DNA of 61,886 nucleotides, the filler included, from Chiloscyllium plagiosum (taxonomy: Eukaryota), in assembly GCF_004010195.1 (NCBI RefSeq). It is 6 parts of one record of this genome, joined end to end, with 100 filler letters (N's around TTAATTAATTAA, not from the genome) between each part and the next. Parts side by side here need not be neighbours in the genome. Positions count along the whole stretch, not along the records: positions 56,071 to 61,886 come from NC_057711.1; 5 more parts are not named here. The stretch is one strand, 5' to 3'. Within the stretch, counting starts at the first letter, position 1. Each line of letters begins with the position of its first letter. The notes below the pieces were generated by a model, which did not search any database, was not told the DNA's origin, and saw only the letters and a program-made list of their open reading frames with translations. The translations under genes were made by a program, and so were the position numbers. Shown piece by piece: positions 61,574-61,886 of this stretch.

Positions 61574-61886
61574 GAAGAAAGTGAGGTCTGCAGATGCTGG
61601 AGATCAGAGCTGAAAATGTGTTGCTGGAACAGCGCAGCAGGTCAGGCAGCATCCAGGGAACAGGAGAATTGACGTTTCGGGCATAAGCCCTTCTTCAGGA
61701 ATGAGGAAAGTGTGTCCAGCAGGCTAAGATAAAAGGTAGGGAGGAGGGACTTGGGGGAGGGGCGTTGGAAATGCGATAGGTGGAAAGAGGTCAAGGTGAG
61801 GGTGATAGGTCAGAGTGGGGTGGGGGCGGAGAGGTCAGGAAGAAGATTGTAGGTTAGGAAGGCGGTGCTGAGTTTGAGGGATTTGA
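61574..61886 (-). mobile_element. PLE pLTR arm with tail, running off the window
   Basis: Same arm as 12291-12542 and 27060-27345. Confidence 0.85.
61667..61702 (-). ncRNA. Minimal hammerhead ribozyme, core intact
   Basis: Reverse complement reads CTGAAGA-A-GGGC-TTAT-GCCC-GAAAC-GTC-AATT (stem I weakened). Confidence 0.7.

Overview
Eukaryotic, repeat-dominated genomic DNA, almost certainly from a cartilaginous fish. That assignment is inferred from HE1-type V-SINEs and shark-type CR1 LINEs. Most of the window is nested, decayed transposons: many CR1-clade LINE fragments (ORF1 zinc-finger/SGNH esterase, ORF2 APE endonuclease-RT), a Rex1/Babar tail, a Tigger/pogo DNA transposon, a Harbinger-like Myb remnant, two Gypsy gag relics, several solo LTRs and tRNA-derived SINEs. 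The most striking signal is a dense population of Penelope-like elements (PLEs) from at least four families. Their terminal repeats carry minimal type-I hammerhead ribozyme motifs (CUGANGA-stemII-GAAA-palindrome-NUH), with compensatory changes between families. One family is repeatedly inserted as asymmetric fold-back units, from about 150 bp up to about 1.9 kb. Each unit has two oppositely oriented terminal arms, a 31-38 nt tail on one arm only, and a 13-16 bp target-site duplication. No intact transposon ORF and no recognisable named host gene is present. A phase-compatible cluster of candidate minus-strand exons lies at about 58.3-59.9 kb. The assembly has two large N gaps and five artificial 100-bp N44-TTAATTAATTAA-N44 spacers. 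All calls are by eye, and boundaries of decayed repeats are approximate.
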